Shown one piece after another: positions 13,301-25,381 of a stretch of DNA of 64,000 nt (positions are counted from its first letter, which is position 1; each line of letters starts with the position of its first letter). A program made the position numbers and the translations under genes. The notes beneath the pieces are model-generated. The model saw only the letters and a list, made by a program, of their open reading frames with translations. It ran no database searches and was not told the origin of the DNA. The stretch comes from Octopus bimaculoides (Eukaryota), in assembly GCF_001194135.2 (NCBI RefSeq), contig NC_068984.1, positions 22,450,913-22,514,912 on the forward strand. Reading direction: 5' to 3'.

Positions 13301-14159
13301 TCTTGGCTTACGTTAGATAGCAATAAATTCCTAAAATTATTATAGAAACGTTCTCGAGCAAATATAACAGTGGACCCCAGTTTTCTTCAGCAACTGTAGA
13401 AGGTCCTACACCTCTAAAATTGCACCTTCATCACTGTCCATTTCAGACAATTTATAAGCTTGACTGTTATTCGGGAAAATTAATATAGGTTGGATACATA
13501 ATATTAATTGTCTTCTTTGCTGAAAACTCACGTTAAAACAATTAGTGTGGTAATCTTTTTGTTCTCTCCGTGGCAAAAGACATCCACATGTTGATGTAGT
13601 GCAACTAAGAATTTATTCCAATTAAATAAGCAGCGTTGACTCAATGAAATGTCTTTTATTTGTTTTGATCGCCTATATGACAATGTATGTATAACTAGCA
13701 TATATTCAAACGATCCTTGTGATCATACACCACTATGTCTTGGTTGTAAAAGTACATCAAACATAGCAGGTAAAGTGCTGACGACGTTTCATTTACATTC
13801 AGGGAAAATGTTGATTAATTGGTGATGAGCGGAGCAAACACTCTCAAGCTACAAAATATTTCAAACAAAATTATGAAAAAAAACCTAAATATTTGGCCCC
13901 ATCGCAGAAACTATAGCGCTACTGAAATGCCAAATAATCTTTTGGAATTAATATCGAGTAGTGCGTTTTTTTTACTGAGATAGAGTGGGTGGGTAGAGTT
14001 GGTACAGTACCCAAAAAGCTGTTCTATCGAACAATCCACCGAAGTTAACTTTTGTTCTTTGTTTATCTTTACAGGGTTGATAAAAAATAAGTATCTTTTA
14101 AGGAATACGTTTCACTCTAACCAACTACAGCAGCCTTCAAAATTGGTGCTATTAGGCTT

Positions 14160-14320
14160 TTATTTGCAACTAATCCTTCTTATATTCCAGTTCATTTAAT
14201 TTTCATTATCCTATGCTCCAGTATGTACATACCAATCCGGCAGTATAGATTCCACTTGTTAATCAAAGAAACATTGCATATCAGAAATGATCCCATGTTT
14301 TCGAGAGTCAATAAAATATC
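14160..14320 (+). mobile_element. Possible PLE GIY-YIG C-terminal remnant
   Basis: The translation FIILCSS...FHLLIKETLHIRNDP resembles the PLE C-terminal pattern F.IL....LLIKE.L.I...P.LN. No catalytic GIY-YIG motif is visible. Confidence 0.25.
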
Positions 14321-17300
14321 TTCCTTTAAGTGCTGCGTTGATTCAATGGAATATGTCTTCTATCTAAACTTTAACTTTGAACTGTGTCCAAGTATAAGGA
14401 AACAAGCATTGGAATTCCGAGTAATTCACTCTCAGGATATACTGTACAGATCACCAAAAGCACAGTGAATACAAATGGCAAAAATACAAACTCCCGTGTA
14501 ATCTGTACAGGGTGCTGGTCATCGAGTTCTATACTCTAGACTGTAAAGCGGAGTAAATGTGTGATATAGTAACATGTACTTTTGAAGTTTCACATCACTG
14601 ATGTTTTCTTTTTATAATTGGTGAGCTTTTTAAACAATTAGTTCTATGTTTCTCCTTAGAGAAAAGGGGTTGTACACGGTTTCCGAAGAATAATTCAACT
14701 TCAGGCGTAAGTCGAACATGGATAATGCAAGGTTTTGTAGTATAATCAGTTTCCTACGGAGGCACAGCTGTCAATTACAATATTGAGGTTTGTAATGAGG
14801 AGTCCCTGTCAACGATACGTTCATGTGACAGTCGGAAAGCTGTATCTTTCATCCAGAGATTTTGAGATAAAGCGATAAATAAAGGAAGAGCTTTAATTGT
14901 TCCCAGATCTGAAGGATATCATTGGTTGCATAAACATTACCTTAAAATTATTGACTGTTGTGTCCATGTAGTGCCTCGTGTTCGCATCAGATTTTATAAG
15001 AATGGCTTTGTTGACCACAAACTTTTAGAAGCAGGAATCTTTCAGTGGCTATTTTGATAAGTTTAGATTAATTAATACTGCTATAAATTAACTCATGGAT
15101 TATTACCATGTTTCTAGTGTAACTAATTATAATTAGATATGAATATACGCAGACATGTAGCTGAATTTCGGTCGTTACATATCCAGATAAAATTATAGAG
15201 ATGATGCATTTAACTGAATAAGTAATTTAAAATTACTTAACATAAGGCTTCTAACATCAACGCTAACCTCGACTTCCCTTTGACTTATGCCTTGTGACAA
15301 ATTGAACTGATATTATTCATAAACCCAAAATAGCACAACACCATAGATATATAAAAAGAAACCTGATTAGGCACAAGAAAAATTTCACTAACACAAGTTC
15401 TAGCTTAAATATTACGCACCATATCTTCATTCTACTAATATGTCTGACTGAATACAAACTATAGCAAACATTTACCTATGAAAGCACCATTGCAAACCCC
15501 ATCTGCCACACCACAACTTATAAACAGATATTTCCTCCTGCTCTTCTTCAGTCTTTCATCCTACACAACTTCCGTCCTCCTGTACCATTTGTCAATCACA
15601 TTAAACCACCTACCAAACGACACTGTCAAAAATTATGTAATGCCAGAAAACCCAAAGTAAATCTCTCAACATTTTCCTTACAAATGCGTATTCTGCATAA
15701 GATTTTTGAGTCCGAAGGCATTTTAAGTTTGAACATACCGTCTGACTCTGTTTCTACATTATCCAGCATAGAGGTAAGTTTCTGAAGACGATATATTATG
15801 ATTCGACGGATAGTTGATTGCTATTTCTAACATGAAACACGGTCACATAAAATTTCCCTTGTTGGCCTCGAAGTAAATGTATTACATAAGGTGTCATACC
15901 TAATTGGAAATCAATATTTATTTAAATGTTATTTTAAGTTATAAATACATTTCAGTAAGATTTATTATCTCAGTAGATTTCATCAATTTTTAATTCAGTG
16001 TTGTATGGGAAATGTGATCTTAATGCTTTCTTTCAAGAGTCTTGATTAAACACCAATGATGTCCCATTTATTTTTAATTTTTAATGAAAAATCAATAAAT
16101 ATTTGACCGAAACCACGCCACTGATATTCTTGAACAAATATGATTTAAAATATTGAAACAGAACATAATGAAAATAGAAAGAGATTCATATTTAATACTC
16201 TGATCTTTTCCTTAAACACTGCTTAATTACTTCAAGAGAAAAGATGAAATTACTTGAATGCTGAGTGAAAACAAAATACAAAAAATTCTGAAGAGATATG
16301 AAACTATGTCATCAGACCCCAGAACTTGCCATCCATTAATCCTCGTTCTTGGTTACACACTACATTGATTAGTCAATAATAATTGGTTAGCTACTTTGAT
16401 AAACGACGCCATCAACCATAAACAAACTAGTTACTTCATATTTAAATTTAATTTTCAAAGATCCATCAATATTTACTTCTTAGATTTTTTTCCTCCTAGC
16501 AGCCCATTTGTTTGGTTAAATTTCCTTTTAATTTAGATTTTTTAATGAAACATATTTTTAAATATTTTTATGAAGGTGATGCTCCTAGTGACATTTAATC
16601 AATCTGTGTTAAACTATGAATAAATATAAACGGATTTTAATTTCTTTGTATTGTTTCATCTTTTAAGGCAATCATTGGTTTGATGTACATTAAAAGAAAC
16701 TGGGGGATAAATGGATTATCTATTAATACTTCATGTCTTCATCGATTTCCATCTGTAATTTTCGTTGTCTAATAATAACAAATTTGCTTATAGCTTGTAG
16801 AATTTCTGCTTGAGTTGAGCCGGTGAATAAGATGATTAAGGTTAGAAAGGTTAATCTCCAGTTTCCTGCATTACAAGATTAACAATGAGAGTACATAACA
16901 ACTAAGAAGATTGCTCTAAAACTATGCTTAGTCAACGGAGCCATTTTCCAATTTTAACACCGAGTAAATGCTGAATATAGATCCATAGCTTATATTCTTT
17001 TTCTTGTTAAATATTATTGTGGACTTAATGATTAATTTGTTGAACATTCTGGTCATAAAGACAAACTAGATGATTGGAATACTAAGCACATACAACACCA
17101 GTTATTGATGGGTGATATTATCAAGGTACTGGCTCATCATTTGAATTACTTGGCTGATCGCATTGGCGCAGCAATGTGCCACAGGCAAGCGTCAGTTCAC
17201 ATAATTGTTAATAGAATAACCCACTGTGTAATCGATTAATTTATTTGCAGGAATTATATGAAATGCCTCCCATATGGCATTATTGTCCCCACCACCACTA

Positions 17301-17900
17301 CCACATCATTATCCTACTCCTCTTCCTACTCCTCCTCCTCCTCCTCCTCCTCCTCATCATCATCATCATCGTCATTACTATTATTATTGGTAGTAGTATT
17401 ATTATTACCCAAGTCACAATAAACTTGACACCTGACAACTCGTCATGGGGTTGTCGGAGCAAGCAATAAATCAATATCGTCTTTATACTGGCGTGTAGAG
17501 AATGGTAAATAGAGATGAACAACAGTATAAGATAAGAAACATGGCTGTGAAATTAATTATAGTTTATATCTATATACATGTCATGTGTATGTGCGCGCAG
17601 TAGTAGTTTCAGCTGGGAATTACAAACTAACACACACTCACATATACATACACTCACTCACACATTCACACATTTACATACATTTACACGCATATGCAGA
17701 TGTATTTATGCTTCTTACTTTCTTCTTGTGCGAACAGCTTGTGAAGAAAATATACTAGCATGATATACTACAGTTATCTGAATACAGTTATGTGAAAAGT
17801 TATTGCAATAAAATTATATGAAAATACCTTACAAATGTTAATCATGAGGAATTCTGAATAATTCGAAATGGATTTTTGTTGGCAGGTTTGGAGGAAGCTA

Positions 17901-18115
17901 TGCGATGGGGTGCTGAAGAGTTCTTCACTTTAAGGGTATCCTGAAAGGCCTGGTTGGAAGCCAAGGCTTCCGAATTCTTTCAAAGGGCTCAGATAAAACT
18001 AAAGGACAACTGCAATAAGTGTGTGAATCTGAGAGAGGAATATTCTGAATGATATAATTAACTGATCCTCGTGTATTTTCTACCAAAGCCAGGAAGTTTT
18101 CAGAAACCTCTCGTA
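17901..18115 (+). mobile_element. Internally deleted mariner (MITE-like)
   Basis: The 32-bp termini match as inverted repeats at 21/32 positions (tgcgatggggtgctgaagagttcttcacttta / caaagccaggaagttttcagaaacctctcgta). The interior encodes a mariner C-terminus-like sequence, EFFQRAQIKLKDNCNKCVNLREEY. Confidence 0.7.
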
Positions 18116-19479
18116 TTGCCCATGTTTTTCACAGGCATTTTGAGACTGGTGAGATTGATACTCTCGAGGTTCCCTTTGAATTAAAGTAATCCAAATTAAC
18201 CCCCAGCAAAAGAAAAGAACTATGAAGAAAGCTTATTTTAGAGGGCTGATGCTCTTGGTAGGAAGGACTAATGGTTGCTGTAGAACGTGGAGAGATTGAA
18301 CGTAGTGAGGGTAATAAGTAGGGAAGAGACGAACGCGTTCGAAATGCCTGAGCAGAAGCAATACAATTCCAGTCAAATCCAAATAATAAATGTCATTTTA
18401 ATAACACCTCTAAAATATTAAACAATAAATTGGTTACTTGAAATAATCATTGATTTACCGAGCCATAGATTTATACTTGCACATGTTGAAAATCTTTGCA
18501 AAGGACAAGCGACTTTTAATTGTGTAATAGATATGCACCATCATCCAATTTAACACCAAACCCTGACAGTAGAGCGGAGCTTACTCTGTTGCAAGTATTG
18601 TGACTATTCTCCCATCTGAAGATAAACGCACTCCTTTCCTAGGTGCCATGCAAAACGCCTATTGTCGGTCCCTTTTCATATCTGCTCTTCTATAAAATAT
18701 AAACAAACTAAAATGTTTGCCTCAAGCTGGAACTTAGGTTCATAATCAGCTTTCTTTCTTGTTACATCAAGTCGACGTTGTATGTAAATCGTTATTGCCT
18801 TGGTTTATGTGTAGAAATGGTGCGTTGATCAATAATAAGTGCAGATACTTGCTTTTATAGAACAATTTTTATCTTCGTAACAAACTTGTACTTTAATGGC
18901 TCCCTGTTTTCTGTGTACCTTATATTAAGCTAAGCATTAAAATGCCTTTCATGGCTTTTCCTTGATCAAACATGTTTATTGCCCATTTATCATAAGAAAA
19001 ATATCGCAGTTGAAAGAGTGTCTTTACAAGGCTCAAGAGTAACCCATATCAAACTTTAACACGTATATCTAGGAGAGAGCATTCTCGATAGAAACAAAAA
19101 GTGGCTGATTTGCAAAGAAGCAATCGCCAACACATTACAACTTGCTGGCAGCTTCGAATTTTCCTTTCTTTTCACTATTCCTAACTAGCAAGAGACGTAA
19201 CTCTTCTATCAAGCTTATCTCATACATCCACCGTGACGTGAGAGCTCGATCTGCTAGAAACAGCAACCAAATTGTTCTTAACATAGCCTACCATAATCAC
19301 AAAAGGGACGGCATATTAAATAACAGAGTACGAGATACTCCTAAAGAGAGAAATGATCAACATTGGAATAGTTTTGAACATGTACCTTCTCAGACAAGGT
19401 TCGCATGGGGCTGAAGAGCAGTAACCACCGCCCTTTTCCATTTTATGTCTTTCCTGTCTCTTATCCCCCAAATTCTACA

Positions 19480-19650
19480 CTTAACCCTTTCCGAATTATT
19501 CTACCCCAACAACATGCAGCTCTCTGGAAATCCTTTCCTCAACAGATACCAACCAACAACAGTCGAAATTGAATATCAGTCTTGTTCATACCATACTAGT
19601 CTAGAAGAGTCTGTAATATTGTGGCTAATGCTCCTGGTACTCACACTACA
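19480..19650 (-). mobile_element. Possible C-terminal remnant of an R4/RLE-type non-LTR retrotransposon
   Basis: The minus frame reads VPGALATILQTLLD*...FQRAACCWGRIIRKGLSVE, resembling the RLE tail GALG.V...L...LQK..LLGT.RI.RKVL. It has two internal stops. Confidence 0.3.
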
Positions 19651-20153
19651 TCATTAAAAGAATGTCAACATATTTTTGTTTACGTTTTACGATTTTGATT
19701 TTTCACTTCTCCTCTCCGTTTCAAAATAAGGCTGTTTTTTGTTTTCTGTTTAACTTAATATTAGTTTTTACCTGTTTAGTCTAACGAAAATTATCAGCTC
19801 TTTTCGGCATGCTAAGCTTAATACAAACCCATGGTATACTTTTTTCGGTATTCTTTTCTTTCAATCACAGTAATACGGCAATGTTACTACACCTCAATGA
19901 AGTTTACAGTTGAACAGATTGCCTCGAGAATCGCTTATTTATTTATTTAGTTATTCATTTATTTATTTATTTATTGAGAGCGTTACTTGTTTTCTATTAT
20001 TCACCTTTTCGCGAATCGGTATGTTTCTTAGGTGTAATACAAACTAACTCTCATTATGAATATATATATATGTATATATTTCGAAACGAAATAGAATATA
20101 ATAAAGTTTCTAACAATGCAGAAAGTTTTACAGAAAAAAGAAGTCTGGGAAAT

Positions 20154-20231
20154 GTCCTGGTACACCGATTCCGTTCCCTTACTCAAATTCCTCTGAGTCT
20201 GAGAAAAGTAACGGAATCGGTGTAACTGGAC
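20154..20231. repeat. 78-nt foldback hairpin (mini-MITE or pre-miRNA-like)
   Basis: Perfect 15-bp inverted repeat tacaccgattccgtt (20161-20175) / aacggaatcggtgta (20210-20224), with imperfect pairing extending on both sides. Confidence 0.8.
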
Positions 20232-20500
20232 TGCTTTCTTCTGAGGATAAGACTTTGCCCCTGAAATATAAAGCTTTTTGTAAAACTTTCTGCACTGTTA
20301 GAATCTTTCTTATTCTCTTATTTTCCCTTTTCTTTTCCTTCTTCAATATTACGATGCTTCAAGCGAATTATATATATATACTTAATCATATCAAATGGAA
20401 ATGGATATTAATAACAATTTTCAGCTCCAAGTGGCCTAGCGTATAAAAGTTTAGTCCAAAGACTATGAATTACTTATAAGGTACAGTGTATATTTAAGTA

Positions 20501-20644
20501 CATAAGAGGAATCCACTCATGGGATTCCTTCCGCTAGAAAGAACTTATAGGTTCTAGAACCACGAAATTAGGAATAAAATCTCGAAAGGAACGAAATGAA
20601 AAATAAAAACTTTTACCTAAGGAATCCCATGAGTGGATTTCTCT

Positions 20645-20648
<4 letters not shown>
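20501..20648. mobile_element. 148-bp MITE with 30-bp TIRs and TA flanks
   Basis: Left TIR 20501-20530 (cataagaggaatccactcatgggattcctt) and right TIR 20619-20648 differ at one position. TA lies on both sides. Confidence 0.8.
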
Positions 20649-20678
<30 letters not shown>

Positions 20679-20681
<3 letters not shown>

Positions 20682-21468
20682 CGTGTCATGGGTAAGCTAT
20701 CGCCATTTTGTTTTTGTTTTTCTCGACTACACCACAGTATAGTAATTTCAGTTGGGCACCGTCTGTAAGAGAAAACGGCACCATGATGCAATTCGCTCTG
20801 CCAGAAATTTGAAAACGGCATGATGTACTACTTGGCATTCGCGCGGGAAGTTGCAAAACAAGCATTTCAGTATTTGGGTGTTAATCTGAGGACATGTACC
20901 GAGAATAATAAAAATCAAACATCCAGTCAACATCATAGTGTTTGGAGTGATCACAAGTAATGGCAACGTTACGCCTCCACTCATCTTCCCTCATGGACTC
21001 AGACTAAATACAGAGGCCTTCATCAATTGACTGGAGGAGATAGTTCTGTCTTGGATAAAGAGGGTGGCTGCTGGAAGACTCTGTAACATGCCACACAAGC
21101 GGAGGAATCCAGTTATGGCTGTCAGACAAGTTCTCTGACAACATCACCCCTTACATCTGGCTACCTAACTGCCCAAACTGCCACGCCCTTGATTATTACG
21201 TGTGGGACGCAGTTGAGCAAACAAAAAACTTCTTGTAACAAAGATGAACTGGAGTCAAGGGTTATGGCAGCATTCCCCAGCTTAAACAAGGAAAGCGTCC
21301 ACAAGAGTTGCCAGCGATTCCGAAATCGTCTGGATGTCGTGGCTGAAGCCAATGGCGATTTTATGGAATAAATTTACTCTTTAGTATTTCAAGATATTTT
21401 TATAGAACTTTGGCAAATACACCTGTTAAAATGCTTAATTTACACGACAGTTTATTTGCCGCACTCTG
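20679..21468 (+). mobile_element. Deleted Tc1/mariner element (probably maT/DD37D-like) within a (TA)n run
   Basis: Translations KIKHPVNIIVFGVITSNGNVTPPLIFPHGLRLNTEAFI, TCHTS, IWLPNCPNCHALDYYVW and NKDELESRVMAAF..LNKESVHKSCQRFRNRLDVVAEANGDFME* are typical transposase C-terminal segments. The termini are degenerate inverted repeats (15/26 matches) flanked by TA runs. Confidence 0.85.
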
Positions 21469-21502
21469 TATATATATANNNNNNNNNNNNNNNNNNNNNN
21501 NN

Positions 21503-21678
21503 TATATATAGGGAGAGAATTCACAAAAAGAACAAAAGACGAAGACAGGTAGTGTAGACAACAAACAGATGTATTAGTTTAATGCTTGGGAAGTGAAAAA
21601 GTCTTTGATGTTTCGAGCTTACGCTCTTCCACAGAAAGGAACGCAGAAAGAAACAAGGAGAGAAACAAGGAGAGAAAA
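21503..21678 (-). mobile_element. PLE terminal-repeat fragment (family also at 37640-37795)
   Basis: Shares 'acaacaaacagatgtattagttta..gcttgggaag...tttcgagc..acgctcttc.acagaaaggaac' with 37640-37795 and carries a hammerhead-like motif. Confidence 0.6.
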
Positions 21679-21996
21679 AAATATATATATTATATATTAT
21701 ATGTGTATGTAGTGTGTGTCCTAAGCTTTTCAGTCCTGCGATTTATGAGTGGAAGATAAATGCAGTAAAATTCTGTCCTCAGTTACTTTGGGTAGGTGTC
21801 ACGTGAGAGACGTGTGACGTGTGCTTTATCAATAGCATGCTGTGTTGTCGGGTCGTCCGTCGGTCAAAAATCACCAGCAACATTCGTAAGTATATAAGTA
21901 TGTGTATACAAATGTATACACACACATAATGTCATATATTACTCTATACCAACACCGATGTATATATATGTGTGTGTGTGGCTTTAGATAGATGGC

Positions 21997-22036
<40 letters not shown>

Positions 22037-24900
22037 GATATTTGTTATATATATATAAGATTTCATAATGTATGTCTACCAAATTCACTTACAAACCATT
22101 GGTTGGCCCAGAATTATGTCAGATGACATTTGCTCAAGGTATCGCATAGCTGAGCTGAATATGAAACAACGTAATCGGAAAACGACCACAGACCTAAACC
22201 TGACTCCATTCTTTTATTCTTATATTTCTCGGGAATTTATTTGTAAGTTAACATAATTGTAATAGCTTCAAGCAAGAAATGAAACTATGCATAGAATTAT
22301 TCGTGTCACATAATATATAACAGACATTGTTCAATGTAGCCTTGCCATTTTTCAGACCACAAATAAGGGGATGAGGAAGATTTAGTGGTTATTTCTTGTG
22401 CATATATGTATACATGCATATAAGCGCAGTGTCATTTGGTGGGAATTATTACTTTAGACAACTAAATTGTAAGCATAAAACAAACGATTACATATAGATA
22501 AAATCAGATAATTTTCTATTTATTTCTTACAACCAACGCATGAATACAGTAAATTTGTCTCTGGTGATTCAATATTTATAGCAATTGTATTCTAAACATT
22601 AAAATATTCATAAGTTTATGTTTAAAAAATCTATATTTCAGGAAGCAACTTTTCGGTTTTAAAATTATTATGACTTATCCCGCTCTAGAATTATTTATCT
22701 CACTATAATGATATATTTTGTAATGCGAAACGCGTGTGAGAAAACAACGCTATATTTCAAAAAAGACATATATATTTTCTATTTGGTTTCGTTTCCAAAT
22801 GAGTTGTATCATTTATGCTATCGTATAAATACTTTTTTTCCTTTTTGGTATTTACTGTATGGATTCCACGACATATTACACTTTATTGATGTCTGCTTAC
22901 TACTTCCTCGTCTGTGGTCAACATATACATTCTGAATTCTGTTTTTGTTTTCTTTTTTTTTTTTACTTTTTGTTATCTTTCAAACTACGTACTCGACTAT
23001 ACTTTTATTCAGGCTATGAAAGGGGCAATTGGTATTAAATAATACAGCAAACAAGCCGCAGCATTCCCATTTACATTGGCCACCGTGCCAATTTCCATAC
23101 TGAATCGATTCTGATTAGCGAGAAGAAAGGATTACCCTTCCAACCACTACTTATTCAGTAACCAACAGGAAAAAATAAACTCAGTAACATTAATATCAAC
23201 AACAACAGCAACAGATTTTCGTTGGACTCCTACTGTTATTCTATCAGATATATTGTTTTTGGTTCGTATTTACATTTGTTCTGATGATATGAATCATTGT
23301 TGCCTCTCTACCTTATTCAATGCAATACAACTTTTTATACTATTTCTTTTAATATTTAATTTTCATTTATTTCAAAAAACAGTTTTATTTTATTGGATTT
23401 CGCATAACTTTCTGACTACAAAAGGAGAAAATATTTCTGTAAATATCAACAAAGTACAAAAAAAATAGAAACAATTCATTCTTCATCTTGAAATAAACTT
23501 GAATTAAAAGTACAAATTACATTAAACTTCATTCAGTGATTACCCTCAATACTGAATGTAATTTTGCTGTTGAGCGTATAGGAATGATGGTGAAAGTGGA
23601 GTAAAGAGCGAATAGAAGATGGATCAATAGCTTGGAGTTTTGTTTAGTCTACTCTTCCTCAGTGAAGAATTTAGTCCAATAAAAATAAAATCAGTAAAGC
23701 AAATGCAAATAATGAATAATAAATCTATAAAAACACATTATGGTTGTATTGTAATTATCATCATCATCTCATGTCCGCCTGTTTTGTATTCTTCCTTTTT
23801 ATATTATTCTCCTCGTCTTTTCATTTTCTCTGTTATTCATACAATACGCTGCCAAACAAAGAAAGTTCACCCTCCAATTGAACAGGAAGTTCTCTCACAT
23901 TTACATCCGGTGCAACTCATAAAAGCACAAACAATCCAACGAACGAGCGATCAAACGTGCATACCACGCGGGCGCTCATGAAATAAGTTTACAAACAAAC
24001 GAACGAAAATTATATAGTGGCACGTAAAATAATAAAGCAATCATAAAATGAAGTCCTTTTTTTGATATTTGTCTGCTATACATTGTTATGCACAAAGATT
24101 CCAGTTTTCTTTTAAACCAAGATTCCATATCTGTAGCTATTAATCGCAACCAAATAAGCTATAATATGTTGGAGCTATTTTTGACGAATTATAAAAACAA
24201 CATTGTAAACTATGTTTACAGGTACGTAATATTCCCAGCAGCCGAGGAGATAAATGTTTGTCTGTTAAACATGTGAATTACGAGTTGAACTATCACAGTT
24301 ATCGCATTTAACTCATATTTCGCGTGACCTAACTGGCTGATAAGATAGAAGTAACTGTATTTTGATCTGTTAGTGAGGTTTAAGCAATTCCTTCAAGTAC
24401 CCCCAATATTTGTCTCAACAGCATCTCATGGTAGAATTGTTAAAAATGAAATTTAATGATAGATACCTCAAAATGTGCATGCCTCTTGATAAAAAGACTT
24501 AACTAAGACACAGTGTTTTAGGCATAACATTACGAATTTTTTAATATACTGAGACTACAATTGGTATAATCATTGAATCACAAAAGAAAAATTAACTAGA
24601 ATTAATATGGCGCTATTAAATTTATCAATAAAAAAGAACATAGCGGATAATGGCGTCCAAGTGGAAGAAAAAACGGAATGGTCAAGGCTATTCTAATTCT
24701 CTATATATTACCCGGGGTTAAATAAAATTCAACATGGTCACTTCAACATAGTTCACCACGTTTCATTTTTCTTATACCTCAGTGTTTAGTCAGTGTAGAG
24801 ATAATTCTACTGACTACTTCAGACAACACATGATTTCGTTGTAATCTCTTCACGGTAAACAATCTTATTACACTTGAAATGTGATACGAGTTCCGCTTAC

Positions 24901-24981
24901 TTCACCCGACGTCGACTCAATTTCATCATCTGCCTCTGGGATTGTAAGTTTCCGGCACAAATCCTTCCAACGCAACTTGAA
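24901..24981 (-). CDS. Candidate internal coding exon, 81 nt, phase 0-0 (FKLRWKDLCRKLTIPEADDEIESTSGE), unidentified gene
   Basis: Acceptor ttttcacagtatttgtcag| and donor GAA|gtaagc enclose an open 27-codon frame. GC content is higher than the flanks, and the exon is in frame with the upstream exon at 25320-25381. Confidence 0.55.
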
Positions 24982-25059
24982 CTGACAAATACTGTGAAAA
25001 CTGGTATACATCTAAGTGTAATTATATGTAATATATACACGAAGACAGACTGACCGCCA

Positions 25060-25086
25060 GATAGGCAGGCAGACAGACATACAGGC

Positions 25087-25155
<69 letters not shown>
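25060..25155. repeat. (GATA)n microsatellite in the predicted 338-bp intron
   Basis: Directly visible. Confidence 0.95.
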
Positions 25156-25157
<2 letters not shown>

Positions 25158-25319
25158 CAGACACACATACGATCTGTCTCCGAACGAAACACACAGGGAA
25201 CTATTTATACATTCATTTGAACCCAAATCTGCAAACTTTTGAAATTGCCTTCCTGTCCACACTAACTGCTGAAGTCGATTATCTACTAGCTTTAAAGCAT
25301 GAAATTAAATTTATCTTAC

Positions 25320-25381
25320 CAGTCTCAGAAGACCTAGGCAGTTCATACCGTCTTCAGTCCCGCTCGAACAAAAGGAAAAGT
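25320..25381 (-). CDS. Candidate exon, 62 nt (xFSFCSSGTEDGMNCLGLLRL); internal (phase 1-0) or the start-codon exon (MNCLGLLRL)
   Basis: Acceptor ggtttctttttag| and donor CTG|gtaaga. It splices in frame to 24981-24901. Confidence 0.55.

Noticed and set aside
15465-15779. 103-codon + strand open frame ending at a perfect GAG|GTAAGT donor
   Set aside because: There is no polypyrimidine acceptor, no recognisable homology and no compatible partner exon. It may be TE-derived.
18585-18615. 31-nt minus-strand segment with good acceptor and donor
   Set aside because: The phase-0 reading hits a stop, so it cannot directly follow the 24901 exon. No supporting neighbour exon was found.
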